Shown here one piece after another: positions 12,701 to 27,700 of a stretch of DNA of 64,000 nt. The notes under the pieces were generated by a model. It was not told the DNA's origin. It saw only the letters and a program-made list of their open reading frames with translations, and made no database searches. This stretch comes from Phoronis australis (Eukaryota > Animalia > Phoronida), in NCBI GenBank assembly GCA_002633005.1, contig NMRA01000945.1, positions 6,181-70,180 of the forward strand. Reading direction: 5' to 3'. Numbering within the stretch: the first letter of the stretch is position 1; every line of letters begins with the position of its first letter. Made by a program: the position numbers and the translations under genes.

Positions 12701-15700
12701 TGTCAAACAGAGGCTGGTAGTACTCCTGGGCATTATGTAAGTCAGCATTCAGGCTACATACCAACTTAGTGATGTCTACAAGACTGTTCCCAGCACCTTC
12801 TTCAAGGGAGTCCTAGAGATTTCATCACATACAATGTACTAAAGGAGCAGATATTGGCAATGGCATGGTCCACTCAGTTTCAAAACGTTATTTCCCGTAA
12901 GTCATTGGAAAGATTAACAAAATTAGTAGCACGAATAACTAGTAGATAATCATATCAAATCATAATACAGTCTATTCAGTAAACAAAACAATACATAAGC
13001 CAACACTTGTCTTGCAATAAAACACTGCCCTTAGTCATCATTCTTTCCAGTCACTGGTCTAGCTCATACTAAAGTGAAGACAGGCTATCCTCTCCAGTCA
13101 CTGGTCTAGCTCATACTAGAGTGGAGACAGGCTATCCTCTCCAGTCACTGGTCTAGCTCATACTAGAGTCGAGACAGGCTATCCCCTTCAGTCACTAGTC
13201 TACCTCATACTAGAGTCGAGACAAGCTATCCTCTCCAGTCACTGGTCTAGCTCATACTAGAGTCGAGACAGGCTCATCCTCTCCAGTCACTGGCCTAGCT
13301 CATACTAGAGTGGAGACAGGCTATCCTCTCCAGTCACTGGTCTAGCTCATACTAGAGTCGAGACAGGCTATCCTCTCCAGCCACTGGTCTAGCTCATACT
13401 AGAGTGAAGACAGGCTATCTCATACAGTCACTAGTCTAGCTCATACTTGAGTGGAGACAGGCTACCAAGCACTATTATCCTCATTCAATGGCCAAGTTGA
13501 CCAGAAAAAAGATGAGTGTTCATATATTGATGCAGACCTTAGTTATGACAATGCACTCAGCATCGTTGCTACGTTTCTCTATACAAACACGACTGCGCAC
13601 AAATGTTCAAGTTGACTCACCTTTACATGTGCAGCTGAACTGTCGTAAATACTGCCATACCATTCACTGACACTCTTCTGCAGAATACAAACAAAATTTG
13701 ACAGAAAAATCAGAAAAAATGGAATGTAAGCAATATTCAGCAGCAGTGAAGACAGTGAAGTGAATACCTTAATAGTTTATTGTCAACATGATACAAAGAA
13801 TTTAACAGATGCTGTTTCAAATTATATGTTGTGATTTTAGGATGGTACAAGTTGCTAAAGATTACTGACCTTAAGAACAGCCACAATCTCTGAGCGAAGT
13901 TCCTTTTGGAATGGGCAACACTTCTTGAACACTTTCATATTGTAAACACAAGACAGGCACCTGAAGATACATCACTACACAATAATCACTGAGTGAACAA
14001 CAAATGGAGATATAACAACAGATTGAGCTGCTAGTGGGGATATAACAGCTGAATGGATGGCTGGCGAAGATATAACTACTGTATGAGTGGCTAGTGGGTG
14101 ATATATCAACTGAATTAACAGTTACAGTGACATGACAAATGAATGAGTGGCTAGTGGTGATACACATGCAACTGAGTGAGTATCTAGTGAAGACATCACA
14201 ACTGAGTGAGTAGCTAGTGAAGACATCGCAACTGAGTGAGTAGCTAGCGAAGACATCGCAACTGAGTGAGTAGCTAGCGAAGACATCGCAACTGAGTGAG
14301 TAGCTAGCGAAGACATCGCAACTGAGTGAGTATCTAGTGAAGACATCGCAACTGAGTGAGTANNNNNNNNNNNNNNNNNNNNNNNNNNNNNNNNNNNNNN
14401 NNNNNNNNNNNNNNNNNNNNNNNNNNNNNNNNNNNNNNNNNNNNNNNNNNNNNNNNNNNNNNNNNNNNNNNNNNNNNNNNNNNNNNNNNNNNNNNNNNNN
14501 NNNNNNNNNNNNNNNNNNNNNNNNNNNNNNNNNNNNNNNNNNNNNNNNNNNNNNNNNNNNNNNNNNNNNNNNNNNNNNNNNNNNNNNNNNNNNNNNNNNN
14601 NNNNNNNNNNNNNNNNNNNNNNNNNNNNNNNNNNNNNNNNNNNNNNNNNNNNNNNNNNNNNNNNNNNNNNNNNNNNNNNNNNNNNNNNNNNNNNNNNNNN
14701 NNNNNNNNNNNNNNNNNNNNNNNNNNNNNNNNNNNNNNNNNNNNNNNNNNNNNNNNNNNNNNNNNNNNNNNNNNNNNNNNNNNNNNNNNNNNNNNNNNNN
14801 NNNNNNNNNNNNNNNNNNNNNNNNNNNNNNNNNNNNNNNNNNNNNNNNNNNNNNNNNNNNGAAGACATCGCACCTGAGTGAGTAGCTAGTGAAGACATCA
14901 CAACTGAGTGAGTAGCTAGTGAAGACATCACAACTGAGTGAGTAGCAAGTGAAGATATCACAACTGAGTGAGTAGTTAGTGAAGATACCAACGGAATCAG
15001 TGGCTAATGAAGATACAACAACTGAATGAGTGTTTAGTGGTGATACACAACTAAATGTCTGAGTAGCTAGTGAAGACATCACAACTGAATGAGTAGCTAG
15101 TGAAAGATATAACAAACTAATAAGTGGCTAGTGAAGATATCACAACTGAGTGAGTGGCTAGAGGTGATATACAACTGAATGAGTACTAGCTAGACGAAAA
15201 GATATCACAACTGAATGAGTGGTTAATGGAGATATAACAACTGAATGAGTGGCTAGTGAGAGATATTACAAACAAAGAAGTGACAAGTGAAGATATCACA
15301 ACTGAATGAATGGCTAGTGAGAGATATTACAAACAAAGAAGTGGCTAGTGAAGATGTCACAACTGAATGGGTGGCTAGTGAAGATATAAATACTGATTAT
15401 GAGTGACTACTAAAGATTACAGCTGAACGAGAGGCTAGTGAAGGCATAATTGTATGGTTAGCTAGTGAAGACATCACTACTGAATGAGAAGTTAGTGAAG
15501 ACATAACAATGGAATGCATGGCTAATGGAGATATAACAACTGATGAGTGGCTAGTGAGCAACTGAATGGGAAATAATTGAAACATGAACAAGATAATGTT
15601 CTATTACATGTTACACATTATGATGCAAGCAAGGCAGAAGTGGCATGATGTATGAATGTACGCAAAGTTGTAGAATGACCTGGTTCAGCCATGCAACATG

Positions 15701-18700
15701 ACACATACAGTGTGACAACTTTGAACACAATGAAAGTAAAAACTGAGAAACTGAGTGTTCAATTTTAAGGAAGAAAAAAAATTCAATTTAGCAACAACTT
15801 AATGTTCTAAGTTCAAGAGACAGTTTGAATTTTGAGAATTCAACAATCAAAAAATCAGTTACTGCCACACGATGTTAAGTGAGATAATACGTCCCATAAA
15901 ACAGAACAAAGGAAAAGAAATTTATAGAACTGAAGAATCTACCTGAGCATATACTGAAGACGGTGAAGAGCTGCCTTAATAGTTGGTGGGAAAACCTGTC
16001 GAAGCTTGGACAACAGACTAAGACAGAAGTCGACGAATTCATTCAGGGACTTGGCCAGCGATTCTTCCTGCAGATGCAACAGAACAATCACCAATAAAAA
16101 CTGCATACCATATCATGATGGATTTAGAAGTTTGGAATGATTTCAGCAACATAAAGTTATTCGACATAGGGGGGCCACTTATAACCTTCCTAACGACTGG
16201 TCAATGAGACAACATGATGGTGAAAAGGTAAGGTAGACACTGGACATATGTGAGGGAGACTTCAGGTCAATTCCTGTACATGGGGTGTGCACATTACGAA
16301 AACTCCTGTTTCCTCAGCAGTTTTAACTCCAAACGACAGTGGTTTCTGAATCAGGGCTAGTCCAGATATCAATCTAGTCTACTGCTAAGCATGCCCGTGC
16401 TCTTTGGTCCTGCATCAAGACTCGCAGGCCAATTATCTACCATGCTTCAAAGAATCACTTAAGTCATTCATCAATGGGTATCAGAGAATGTGGAGAACCC
16501 CTCAACCCAACTCTTGTACAAAGGGTGCACATGGGAGGCCCCTCAAGTCAACTCTTGTATACAGCATGTATATGGAGGACCCCTGGTACTCTCACCTCAA
16601 CTCTTTTACACAGAGTGTACGGGGAAACACTGAGTTCAATTCTTGTACATATTGGAAGACTCCTCAGGTCTCTAGTACACAGTATGTATACGAGGAGACC
16701 TCTCAAGTCAACTCAGGGTGTACATGTTGAAATCTGCAGGTCAATGCCTGTTTGCCGATTACAGTATCCTCTTCAATAGAAAACATGTCTGATATCACTA
16801 CATTCACAGACAACTGTGAAAATCCAGGGCTACAATAACTGTTGACAAACAGAGGTGTACAGAGTAGATTTTTCAAAAATGGGACATTCACCTATTGCAT
16901 GAACTTAATTTTTCATTACAACTTTTAATATGTTTTTATGTACCTAGTATACCAATTCTTTGATGTCAATTATGAGGAAAATCCTTAAACGCCATTTTCA
17001 GACCTATTGACTTTCAATGCTTTTCACGAAATTCTATACAGTCCATGGTCTATGACCAGGGGAATTGTGTCTGAGATTTTGATTTTCCTCCAAAAAACGG
17101 GGATATCTACCATAAAAAATGACGACTTGGGACAATCTTATAAAATGAAACTTTGATGTCCGATATCTCTGCTGTCTGATATTACGTAAAAAATCTGATA
17201 CACACTTCCAAGCATATTGACAGTAAGACTATATAGTTCAAACATGAAGTTACCAAAATTAAAAATTGTTATTTTAAAAAATGGTGGTCAAAACAAATGT
17301 TTGACATGTTAGGGCATAGATTTTTCTCTCATTTATAATTCACACAATATTAACTTTTCCAGGTTAAAAACAGACAGTTAAAGTTATTTGCTGAAACTTG
17401 AAAGGACTTCACAATGGTTTATAATGACTTTAACAAACAACAAGTAATCTCTTAAAGTGTGCTTGTTGATGACAGCCTTACTACATAATGTTTTCATATA
17501 ATGAAATAAAATTATCTTGTTTACTCTTGTTGAAAATTTTGACAAAATGAAATTTTACTGTTCCACCATATTGTGTTCTAATTTGAAGAAGTAGCAAAAC
17601 AAGTTTCAATAACATATTATCAAATTTAATTCGATACAAATCTCTAAAACAAAAAATCTTGTATTAGTAACAAATTTTTAAGTTATTGTTTCCTTTTCAT
17701 TTTATACAACATGGATTTTTTCATAAAAATCTTAAAGTCCTATTTTTTATAGTAAGTGGGTGATTTTAAAAACAATTCCCAAAAGCGTTTTGGAGAACAT
17801 TGAATAAATCACAGTATCTCAGCTTCATATGAATCCAATCAACCATTTATGATTCATTTCATATGACTTCAGATTTTGGCATAAAAATCTTAGAAGTGCT
17901 ATTTTTTATGCTAAAAGTGGATGAAATTGAAAACAATTCCTAAAGCGTTTTGGAGAACAATACATAAAGCATAGTATCTCAAAGTTTCATGCGAATCCGA
18001 TCAACCATTTTTGAAGTCAGCAAAATTTGAGCACTTTTCTAGGATCCAACATAACCTGCACATTGCAGTCCCGGGCTCGTACTAAAGATAGTACACAGTT
18101 TTCAACTAATGTTGGCCATGCCAAATTAACACAACAAAAAGTATATTCAATGATCTGTCCCTTCAAATTCAAGAAACACAAATGATAGAAGTTAAGATTG
18201 TGAGAACCGACAACACAGTGTTTTCAATAAACCTCATCAAAATAACATTTTGTCCATAAAAACACGACAGGTGCAATGTAAACAACTCGTAAAGTATAGT
18301 TCCAGCAGCCTAGTCACAAGCACACCAAAACCAAGACAGTGAAAGAGTAAACGCCATAAGTATTTAAACAAAAGGACCCAGAATTCTCCATCTTGAAAGT
18401 GGGGTGTAAGTCAAATTAATCATCAAAGAAGCCTTCCCTCATGACCGAGAATGAAAGGAAATTAGCATGAAAGTTAGTAAGGAGATAAACATTCTGAATT
18501 TTGCCACCTCGTACCAGTCATTTTTGTTGTTAACAGAATTAGCCGTCATGACAAGGAAAAGGTAATCGTCTGCTTACTGTTGTTTTGTACTGTAGCAGTT
18601 TTCTTCATTAGCCACCATTAACAGTCAACACCCAACACCATTGTGATTCAGTCAATATACAGTGAAGTCTGTTATAATTTGAAGGTGGGTCAGAATGTAG

Positions 18701-21700
18701 TCGTAATTGTTCACCGCAGGTTGTTGGATGGGAGTAGGGACGAGACAGTGTGGACACTTTCATGAGTGTATAGAATGTACACATCAGAAGTGAGGTAAGG
18801 TCAAGGCTAATAACGGCTTAGTGCTTAGTACCCCTAACTTATGACATAGCAGGGGTGGTGCATAAAAATGTCTCTTCATTTATTGTTTTTTCACATCGAA
18901 ACTACAAAAAATATTTCAAAATTATTTTTACCAAGCCAAAATACACACAAACACTAGCCTTGAAACAGTCATACTGTTTAGGTATTATATACTGACCTAG
19001 CGAATATCAGTTTTGCTATGCAATTCCAGGTGGAGGGGTTAAGTAGCAGTAGCTAGCAAACAAGCCCTTATTGTAACACATGTAATGTTGCAAATACTCC
19101 TTAACAAAGCAGTCACATCAGTATAGTAGACAATACAGTTTAGTTATTTACAAGTATTGGAGAGAGCCATGTTCAGGGGACTGTTTCGTGAAACTTCTAT
19201 TTAGTCTTGAGTCCTATGTTTACCATTACCTACACAGGTTTATTCCATAACCATGTGACCCATGAAAGTGTGATGTTATTTCGTCACTATGAAGGATAAA
19301 ACTCCCATGAAACAGAGCCCTCAGGTGACTATTATGAAGCTTTAGAGAGTGTGCTGTGCAGGGTGGTTATTGATTACATGGTTATGATGTGACCACACTC
19401 AAGCATGCCTCAAAACGGGCAACACCTTACCATGTCTTTCAACAGGCTGCTATTAATGATCTGAAATCACAGCAAACGCAGCACACGTGACAGGAAGCTG
19501 GCTGGTCTGGCACGATTTTATTGACAATGATACCTATCACACCAATGATTGGTGTGTGTGTAGATACACTATCATACAATAATTTAAAAGTGGCAATAAA
19601 CCTTCTCTCTATCACAAAAAACAATTAATTTATAATTTGGTCTCAGACTTTAATCAAATCAAAGGACTGGGGTTACTGCTTGAAACCAAACTCTGCAAGT
19701 TAATTTGGCACTGTTTGTCATTTTATTCTAAGAACATGGTCTTAAGAATTAAGGAACTTACAATCCTTTGCAAGACCTCAAATCACTTCTCATCTTAGAT
19801 AAGCAGTGAGTGCTCTAAATTGAAATTTAATTTCTTTGACAGAACATGGGTATATTGCCACTTTAAGTAAGACTCTTGCAGTTATGACATGCCCAGAATC
19901 TTGGCACATGTAGGTGATATGAAGCCAGCCTTGTTGGTCTGACTGTGTCCATACAGTCTATAACATATCAAACTCCCATGACTCAATGTCCATTTCAATC
20001 TCAGTTAAAACAAAAAAAAATGTGGAGTGTTGAAATGCACCCACAAATGCACCGCTAACGGTGTGCTTCTAGGGATGTTCATTTGGAACATAAAAATGGC
20101 GGCAACTTCATGGCGCAAAATATGTCGAATCCATCCGAAAACTTATATGTGTCATCAAAGCTATTTACCAAATTTCATAAAAATCCGTCAAGGAACTTCT
20201 GAGAAAACAGAGGAAACCAAAAAAATGAAATTGCCATTAAGAGGCTATAAGCGTAAAAATTACCACTAAGAGGCGCCAAAGTAGATAAAGTCGTTGGAAA
20301 ATCATTGTCAGACTTCCTCTTCACATTAGGAACATACATGCCAATTTCCTTAACCATCCTTAGAGTGGTTTTGGTTGACAAAGGCCCAGACGCCAAATAA
20401 CAAGACTCAAAAACAGTAACAATGGCCACAAGGTGGTGCAAAATGCCTCGACTTTTACCGAAAACCGGATGATAGCGTCACCTCACTATTAGATGCCTAA
20501 CTGCCAAATTTCATGAAAATCCATTGATGACCTTTTAAGATACAGAAGTAAACGTTAAAAAATCAAATTGCCACTAAAAGGCACACCGGTAGCCCAGTCC
20601 GTCCGAAAGTCATCACCCTCTGTTGTCAACTTCATATAATTTATGAAAATCTGTTGAGGACCTCCAAATCTACAGGTTGAGGTAAGCGTAAAAAATTCAC
20701 ATTGCCACTAGGGGAGCACCAGTAGTCAAAGAAGTCAGAAATTCGTTGTCATCCGGCGTCAGCTTCATGGGAACACATCAGCCAAATCACATCAAAATCC
20801 TGTGAGGGGTTTAGGAGATATGGCCATGGGAGCAGAAAAAAACAAAACTACCACTAGGAAGCGCCACAGTAGTCGAAGTCGTTGGAAAAATCATCGTCGA
20901 CCGATCTCTTCACAGTAAAAACATTTCAAAATCATCCCTAGAGTGGTTTGACTGATAGAACGGCGGACGCCAAAAACAGACTCGAAAACAGCAAAAATGG
21001 CCACTAGGTGGCGCAAAGTACCTCAAATCCGTCCGAAAACAGTAGGATGGCATCATCTCACTAATAAATTCCCAACTGCCAATTAAATTTTATGAAAATC
21101 CGTTGAGGACCTCCGAAGATACAGAGGTAACCAAAAAAAAAACAAAAATTGACTCTAGGGGGCACAACGGTAGTCGGAGAGGGCTGAAATTCGTCGTCGT
21201 CCGTCGTGAGCTTCATAGGAACACATCTGCCAAATCTCATCATGATCCTGTGAGGGGTTTAGGAGATACAGCGGCGGACGCCGGACGCCCAAATAGAGAT
21301 GACGGCAATATGTGACCACATATAAATATGTGGGCGCATAAAAATCTTTCTGCATTTTTAATATTTCAGCTCTTTCATCAATTTAAATTACAAAAAAATT
21401 GAACCAGATTGCGCTGAACACAGAGAACAGACATAAATGCAATATTTACCTCCTCTCTAGAGAGAGAGCCTGGCTCCCAACACTCATCCAGTTCATGTAA
21501 CAGTTTTAGTATAAACTGGTAGTCAAACGGCTGCTGCATATGCTTCTCGCAGTAGGCGATCCACCGACACATGCTTTGTTGAATAGGAGTTATGTCCCCT
21601 TGTATGGCGTGTTGGTGCAGAATTGTCTGGGCAACCCTAGGCAGCTGGCCCTGCCACTTATAACACTTGTCCTGGAGTATTAGAACGGTCCTTTGATCAT

Positions 21701-24700
21701 GTGATATCACTTACGGTGTATGAGAAGGGTGTGGTAATGTGATGACTATATAGAACCAGACACTTTCTCAAAACACATGGACAGCAGCATATCAGACAGA
21801 GGACTACCATACGATGCTTGTTACGTCAGGCATTGGAAGCACACATCAAAGACTATACACAATTTGTGTATCATATACATACAGTGTAGACAGTGCCGTC
21901 ACATCCCCTGGCGCAAGCACAATAAAAATGACCAGTTCCTGATTTGGCAACTGATGGACTGCTTGAAAAAAAGTGACTACAGGTCGTATTTGTTCGAGTT
22001 GGAAGGAATTAAAAACATTGACAGCTTCCTAAAGTGTCCCTCTAAGAGCAAAAGGTGACGTGACTTTGACGGTTTAATCAGTGTGAGGCATCATTCCCCG
22101 GCTTCTGGCGTATGAGGCCCTAAGTGAGTACCACCGTCTCTACTGCTAAGTTAGAGAAGGTGGCACCGTCTACACACAGTGCAGTTTGTATTAAAGTGCA
22201 TACAATATTGCCCTAACTTCACCTTATTGCGTTAGCCTCCATCCTTAACTGCCAATTTTACCTAAGTCATGGTGTCATGATGGTATTTCACGGTCAGTAA
22301 TTATCATGTGAATCTCCATCATATTTTCATTCAAATCCACACTACACAACATACATGCATGGAATAGTCTCATCTCATACCTGGAATCGTCGTAACTCAT
22401 GCTCAATAAAAATCTTCATCAGATCCTCATGCTGTTTTACATCTGTCCAGTTATCTTCTTCGGGAATTCCCCTGTCTTCCCGAGTTGCTAATTTTAACCG
22501 CAATTTAATGGAACCCTCAACTTTTGACCTTGATGACCGTGCTTCAAGGTCAAACCATTTTTCTTCACCAGTTGAAGGTATTTCCTACAAGAGACACCAG
22601 CAATACCTGCTCATAAATGCTTCTTTGCAAGAACCTCCAACACTAAATTTCATGAAATGAAAAATTAATAAGTATATTACTTCATTCACAGTGAAGTATT
22701 CAAACAACATTCTGTCAGGAACAGACAAAAAGTCGTTCATACAAAACATCTAACACATACCTAACAATCCGTAGAAACATTGCATAAGTGAACTGGATGC
22801 ACAGCATTGAAACACTAACTAAAGGTTCTGTACAACATTAACGACATTTCTGTGCATTCAGCAAAATACCCACAAAACTAGAGGTTCTAACTCTCAATTA
22901 ATGTATTATATATTTTCTGAAAGTAGATTATTACCAAACTGCAACTACTAGGAATACTAGCCCATGTCTCTTTTGTACAAGAGCAATGCAAAGTGTTGAT
23001 TTGTGCCCACAGTGTACAAGTGATATGCTTATCAGTTTCATGTAAGGAACAAGGAAACAACAATTGGAAGGAGTACCTGCTAAAGATAGAATTCACAATA
23101 AAATGTTGGCACCTCACGTTCTAATTTTACTAGCATTAAATCAAGATGTTTTCAACAATTGCAACAAAGAAAAAACTACTATAGGAACACAGCATTAGGC
23201 ATTCAAAAATTCACTAAGTTTAGCCTACTGTAAGAACAATCATTAGGTTTGCCAGATACAAACTTAAGATAGACACAGAGTGACAATGGGCAAAGCTTGT
23301 TTTAGAGTCTGTTCAAAACTGGCAGTTGCCATAATCTCCGAAATGTAACAGCCACTAGGGGGTGCTGGTAGCCAAGCCTGCCCAAAAACTTAGCTGGTAC
23401 CAGCAGATTGCGGCCACATACTTCTGTGTCAAAGTTTCGTTGAAAACCGTCAATCAGTTCTCCATAGCTTCTTTTTCAATGAACAAAAGATTGTAATTTT
23501 AATGCGAATGATCAAAATCTTCTTATTAACACCTTGTGCCATACTGACTATGGTATAGATCTTTCAACTGGTAAAGGCATTTATTTGATGCTACAAACAT
23601 CTCTTATGAAAAAATGAAATTAAAACTTCATTTGACCATCACATTGTGTCCAAAATTGGCAAGATTTTCATCATAGTTACACAATGACACCATTCAATGA
23701 ATCGTTGAGAACTTTTAAGGTGGCCATGAACCTGCACTTTTTGGCAAAAACTTTTGATTTGAGGCACTGACTGTTATGAAACAGGTCTCAATTTTTTCGT
23801 TCTTTTGTGTGATTTCAGGGCTTGGAAGGGAAATGAAAATTTTATGTCTTCAGACCAAGCTCGTAATATTTCAAGTCATAACGTGTCCAAAAATGTAGCG
23901 AGTATGGTATGAAAAATAAACAAAAGCAACGCAGAGCGTTGAAATGTGCCCACGAATGCATCGCAATGGTGTGCTTTTAGGGTTATTTATTTGTATTATA
24001 AAAATGTCCACTAGGTGGCGCAAAAACGTACAATCCATCCAAATACAGCTATGGATGCAAAACAAAACAGAGCTACCACTAGGAGGTGCCACAGTAGTCA
24101 GTCGCCATCATCGAACGTCCTATTCACATTGAGAACATTTCAATTTTCAAAACCATCCCTATAAGGATTTGGTTGACCAGGGTTTGAAAACAGCAAAAAT
24201 GGCCACTAGGTGGCGCAAAATACCTAGATTCCATCCATGACCAGGAGCAAAGCGTCATCTCTTCAATAGATGCCTATATTCAAAATTTTATGAAAATCTG
24301 TTTTGGATACAGCGGTAAACGTAAAAAACTAAAATTGCCACTAGGGAGCACATGAGTGGTCAGATCCATCCGAAAGTCGTTGTTGTTCGTTGTCAACAAG
24401 TTAAATCAAGTAAAGATCCTGCAAACGGTTTAGGAAATACAGCCATGAGCGCAAAAAAACTGCCAACAGGAGGTGCCACAGTAATCGAAATTGGAAAATC
24501 ATCGTCAGCCGTCCACTTCATAGTTATAACGTACATGCCAATTTTCACAATTATCCTGAAAGCGGTTTGGTTGATAGATGAGTGGACGCCAAAAAACAGA
24601 CTCGAAAACAGTATAAATGGCCACTAGGTGGCGCAAACTAGGTCGAATCCACCTGAAAATGGAGAGATGGCGTCACCTCATTAACAGATGCCTGTATGCC

Positions 24701-27700
24701 AATATTTATGAAAATATATTGAGGACCTTTGTAGAGAGGTAAACGTAAAAAAAAATTGCCACTAGGTGGCACACCAGTAACCAGATCCGTCTGATAGTCA
24801 TCATCCTGCGTTATTCACATCATATAAATGCACTTACTAAATTTAGTAAAGATCCTGCAAACGTGTTAGGAGATACAGCCATAAGCGCAAAAACAAAAAA
24901 TTGCCACTAGGAGGCGCCACACTAGTTGAAGTCGTCGAAAAACCATTGCCAGCCGTCCACTTCATAGTAAGAACATACATGACAATTTTCGCAATCATCC
25001 TTTGATCGGTTTGGTTGATGGAGGGATGGACGCCAAAAAACAGACTCAAAAACAGTAAAAATGGTCACTAGGTGGTGCAAAATACCTCAAATCCATCCGA
25101 AAACAAAAGGATAACGTCATCTCATTAATAGATGCCTATGTGCCAAATTTCATGGAAATCGGTTGAGGACCTTTCAAGATACAGAGGCAAACGTAAAAAA
25201 CTAAAATTGCCACCAGGGGGCACAGCGGAATTCGGGTTGGTCCGAAACACATCGCCCTCTGTCGTCAACCCCATAGGAACACACCTGCCAAATCTCAATA
25301 GGATCCTGCAAGGGGGTTAGAAGATACAGCCGCAGACGGCGGACGCCAGATGCCCAGACAGAGATGACGGCAATATGCACCCAAATATAAATATGTGGGC
25401 GCATAAAAAATGAACTGTCGGCTCTTCTTGAGCCCTGACATCACATCTAAAGTGATAAAGGAAAGTGCCATAACAATTTTTAATGTTAAGTGAGTGCCCT
25501 TAATCAAAAGTTTGGATTATTTACAGAAAACATATGAAATTTGATGCCACTCGTAACACTGAGGCAGTCTGCAATATGAGAAACATGCCCTTGTAAGTGA
25601 GCCATCACAGGTAAATTTTCTACAATTTTGTGAACTAGCCGAATGGAAGAGAAAGCTTCTATCAAAAACATAGCAATACAGTACTTGTTAGTTATAGTTA
25701 CTGTGATCTCTGCACCAGCTTGACCTGTCCAATAAAACTGAAATGTGATATTTTCAACAGATTTCTTTGAGATATTTGGAAGCTTTAACTTTGCTGGTAA
25801 CTTAAATGCCCACATCGGTTATTTGCTGCCTGATGGCTTTAACAGTCACGAATCACCCTACAGACTTGTCTAATGAAAGCTCACAACATAACAATTCATA
25901 TGGTAAACTAATTTGTGTCAGCTTCCAACAAAACTTTGACACGGACACCCCACAAATATGGAATTAGACATGCTCACTTGTAAAGCAACATTGACTGATC
26001 CAAGAAAATCATCCACATTTCCACTGGAGTTGCGTGCAGATTGTGCCATTTGCTTGAAAAAGCGGTTCAACCCTTTGACCCCCTTGACTTGGTTGAGTCT
26101 ACTTGCAGCATCAAAGACTGAGGTCTCATCATCATGATCCCTGAAGTGGGAGAAAACAACTCAACATTCACTGACAACCATAAGACAGATGAACTAGCGC
26201 ATGCTGTACTCTTAATAACGATGACATGTTCCTATGGACACTTGCACAGCAACAAAGGATCTTCTATTAACAAAAAGGCACATTCAAGCAGACTCAAAAA
26301 TCCTAAAATGACAGTGATGTAAGCTACAGCGGCCTTTGATGGGTCTTTGTGAAACTTAGATTATGAATAGATCCTCTCTGTCTCAGAAATGCATCACTCA
26401 TATCTAATCACTTACCATTCTTGAAGTTTACTGAGGGCTTATGTCCCACTCTTAATACATTGGCAGGCTTGTAGTCGCTGTATCGTACTTCAAGAGCAAT
26501 ATGACACATATCACATTTTCCATTGCATCAGCATAAAATTTCCACACAAGAAATGGTGGCACTGAGGTGGCCACTTTTCAATTTTTTTGTAGGGCGATAG
26601 CTCTGATTTTCTCAGCACTGTTCTATTGATTAATTCTTCACTTGTCGACTGATTCCCCTTGCTTTATCAATTTTGTCATCAATGTTGCATGATAATGATT
26701 ACGATGATGACAATTACAGCAAGAGCAATGTGAAAGCATTGAAATGCGTCCACAAATAGACCGCAAATGGTGTCATAAAAATGGCCATGAGATCATACAG
26801 AATGCGTCAAATTCATCCCAAATTAGGAAGGTGTCGACGTCTCTTTAATACAGAACTGTTTGCCAATTTCATGAAAACATACTATGAAACTCCAAAGATA
26901 CAAAGGCAAATGTAAGTCAAAGCCATCTAAAAAGTAGTAGACAGCCAATATCATATTTTAATAGGAAAACACTTTCTTGCAAACATTCACAAAGATTCTA
27001 CAATGGAATAAGGAGCTACAGCTATTGTAGGTGATGATGTTGACATTTTCAGCATCTTCATTGGTGTTAGCAGTGTCATCATCATAGAACTCATCAGTGA
27101 TGTAAGAGTATTGAGACGCAATCCGACGTCCGTTGCTAAACTGTTGTCTAACTACTGGTTTTGGAGATGATTTCACACCAGCAATTTTGTTCATATTTGT
27201 GGCCTTTAGTCACGATCGTTATCCCTGCATCAGGGATCAATGTGGATGATGTTGTCGGCAGGTGTTTGGGCAGTGGTTTCGTGTTTGTGGCGCCATCATG
27301 AGGCTATACTATTGTGTTGGGTGCGTCACTGTTTCGGCAATTTTAGGGGTGTTGGTGTCATCTTCATCAATGTTCTTGTTGGTGTTTCTCATTGGTGGCA
27401 TTGTTGGTGCGCAATGACGATTCTTCGAGCAATTTGGTTAAGAGCAAGACAGAGGCCAAAAGAAAACACTAAAATAGTGAATAGGTCAAATTCTTCCAAA
27501 TTGGGGAGATTGGAAAATCTGCAGGACTTAGCCAGTATTTGTGGACTATGCTATTTACCAACAATTATTAGTCAATGGGTAAACCGCATGTTCCAAGTTT
27601 GTGCAACTGACTCACTAGATCTAAGGTATTTCACAATTATGTGACTTAGTCACCAGATCTAAGTTAGTTCAGAATTTTGTGACATTCACCAGATATAAAA

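Noticed and set aside
5905-13465. CRISPR-like appearance of 36-47-bp repeats
   Set aside because: Head-to-tail tandem units with no unique spacers, no cas genes, and a eukaryotic intronic context.
5909-15115. Long repetitive ORFs (5909..6232, most of 7029..7676, 11424..12077, 13871..15115)
   Set aside because: They are translations of stop-free minisatellite frames or N runs. Only 7566-7689 within ORF 7029..7676 is a real exon.
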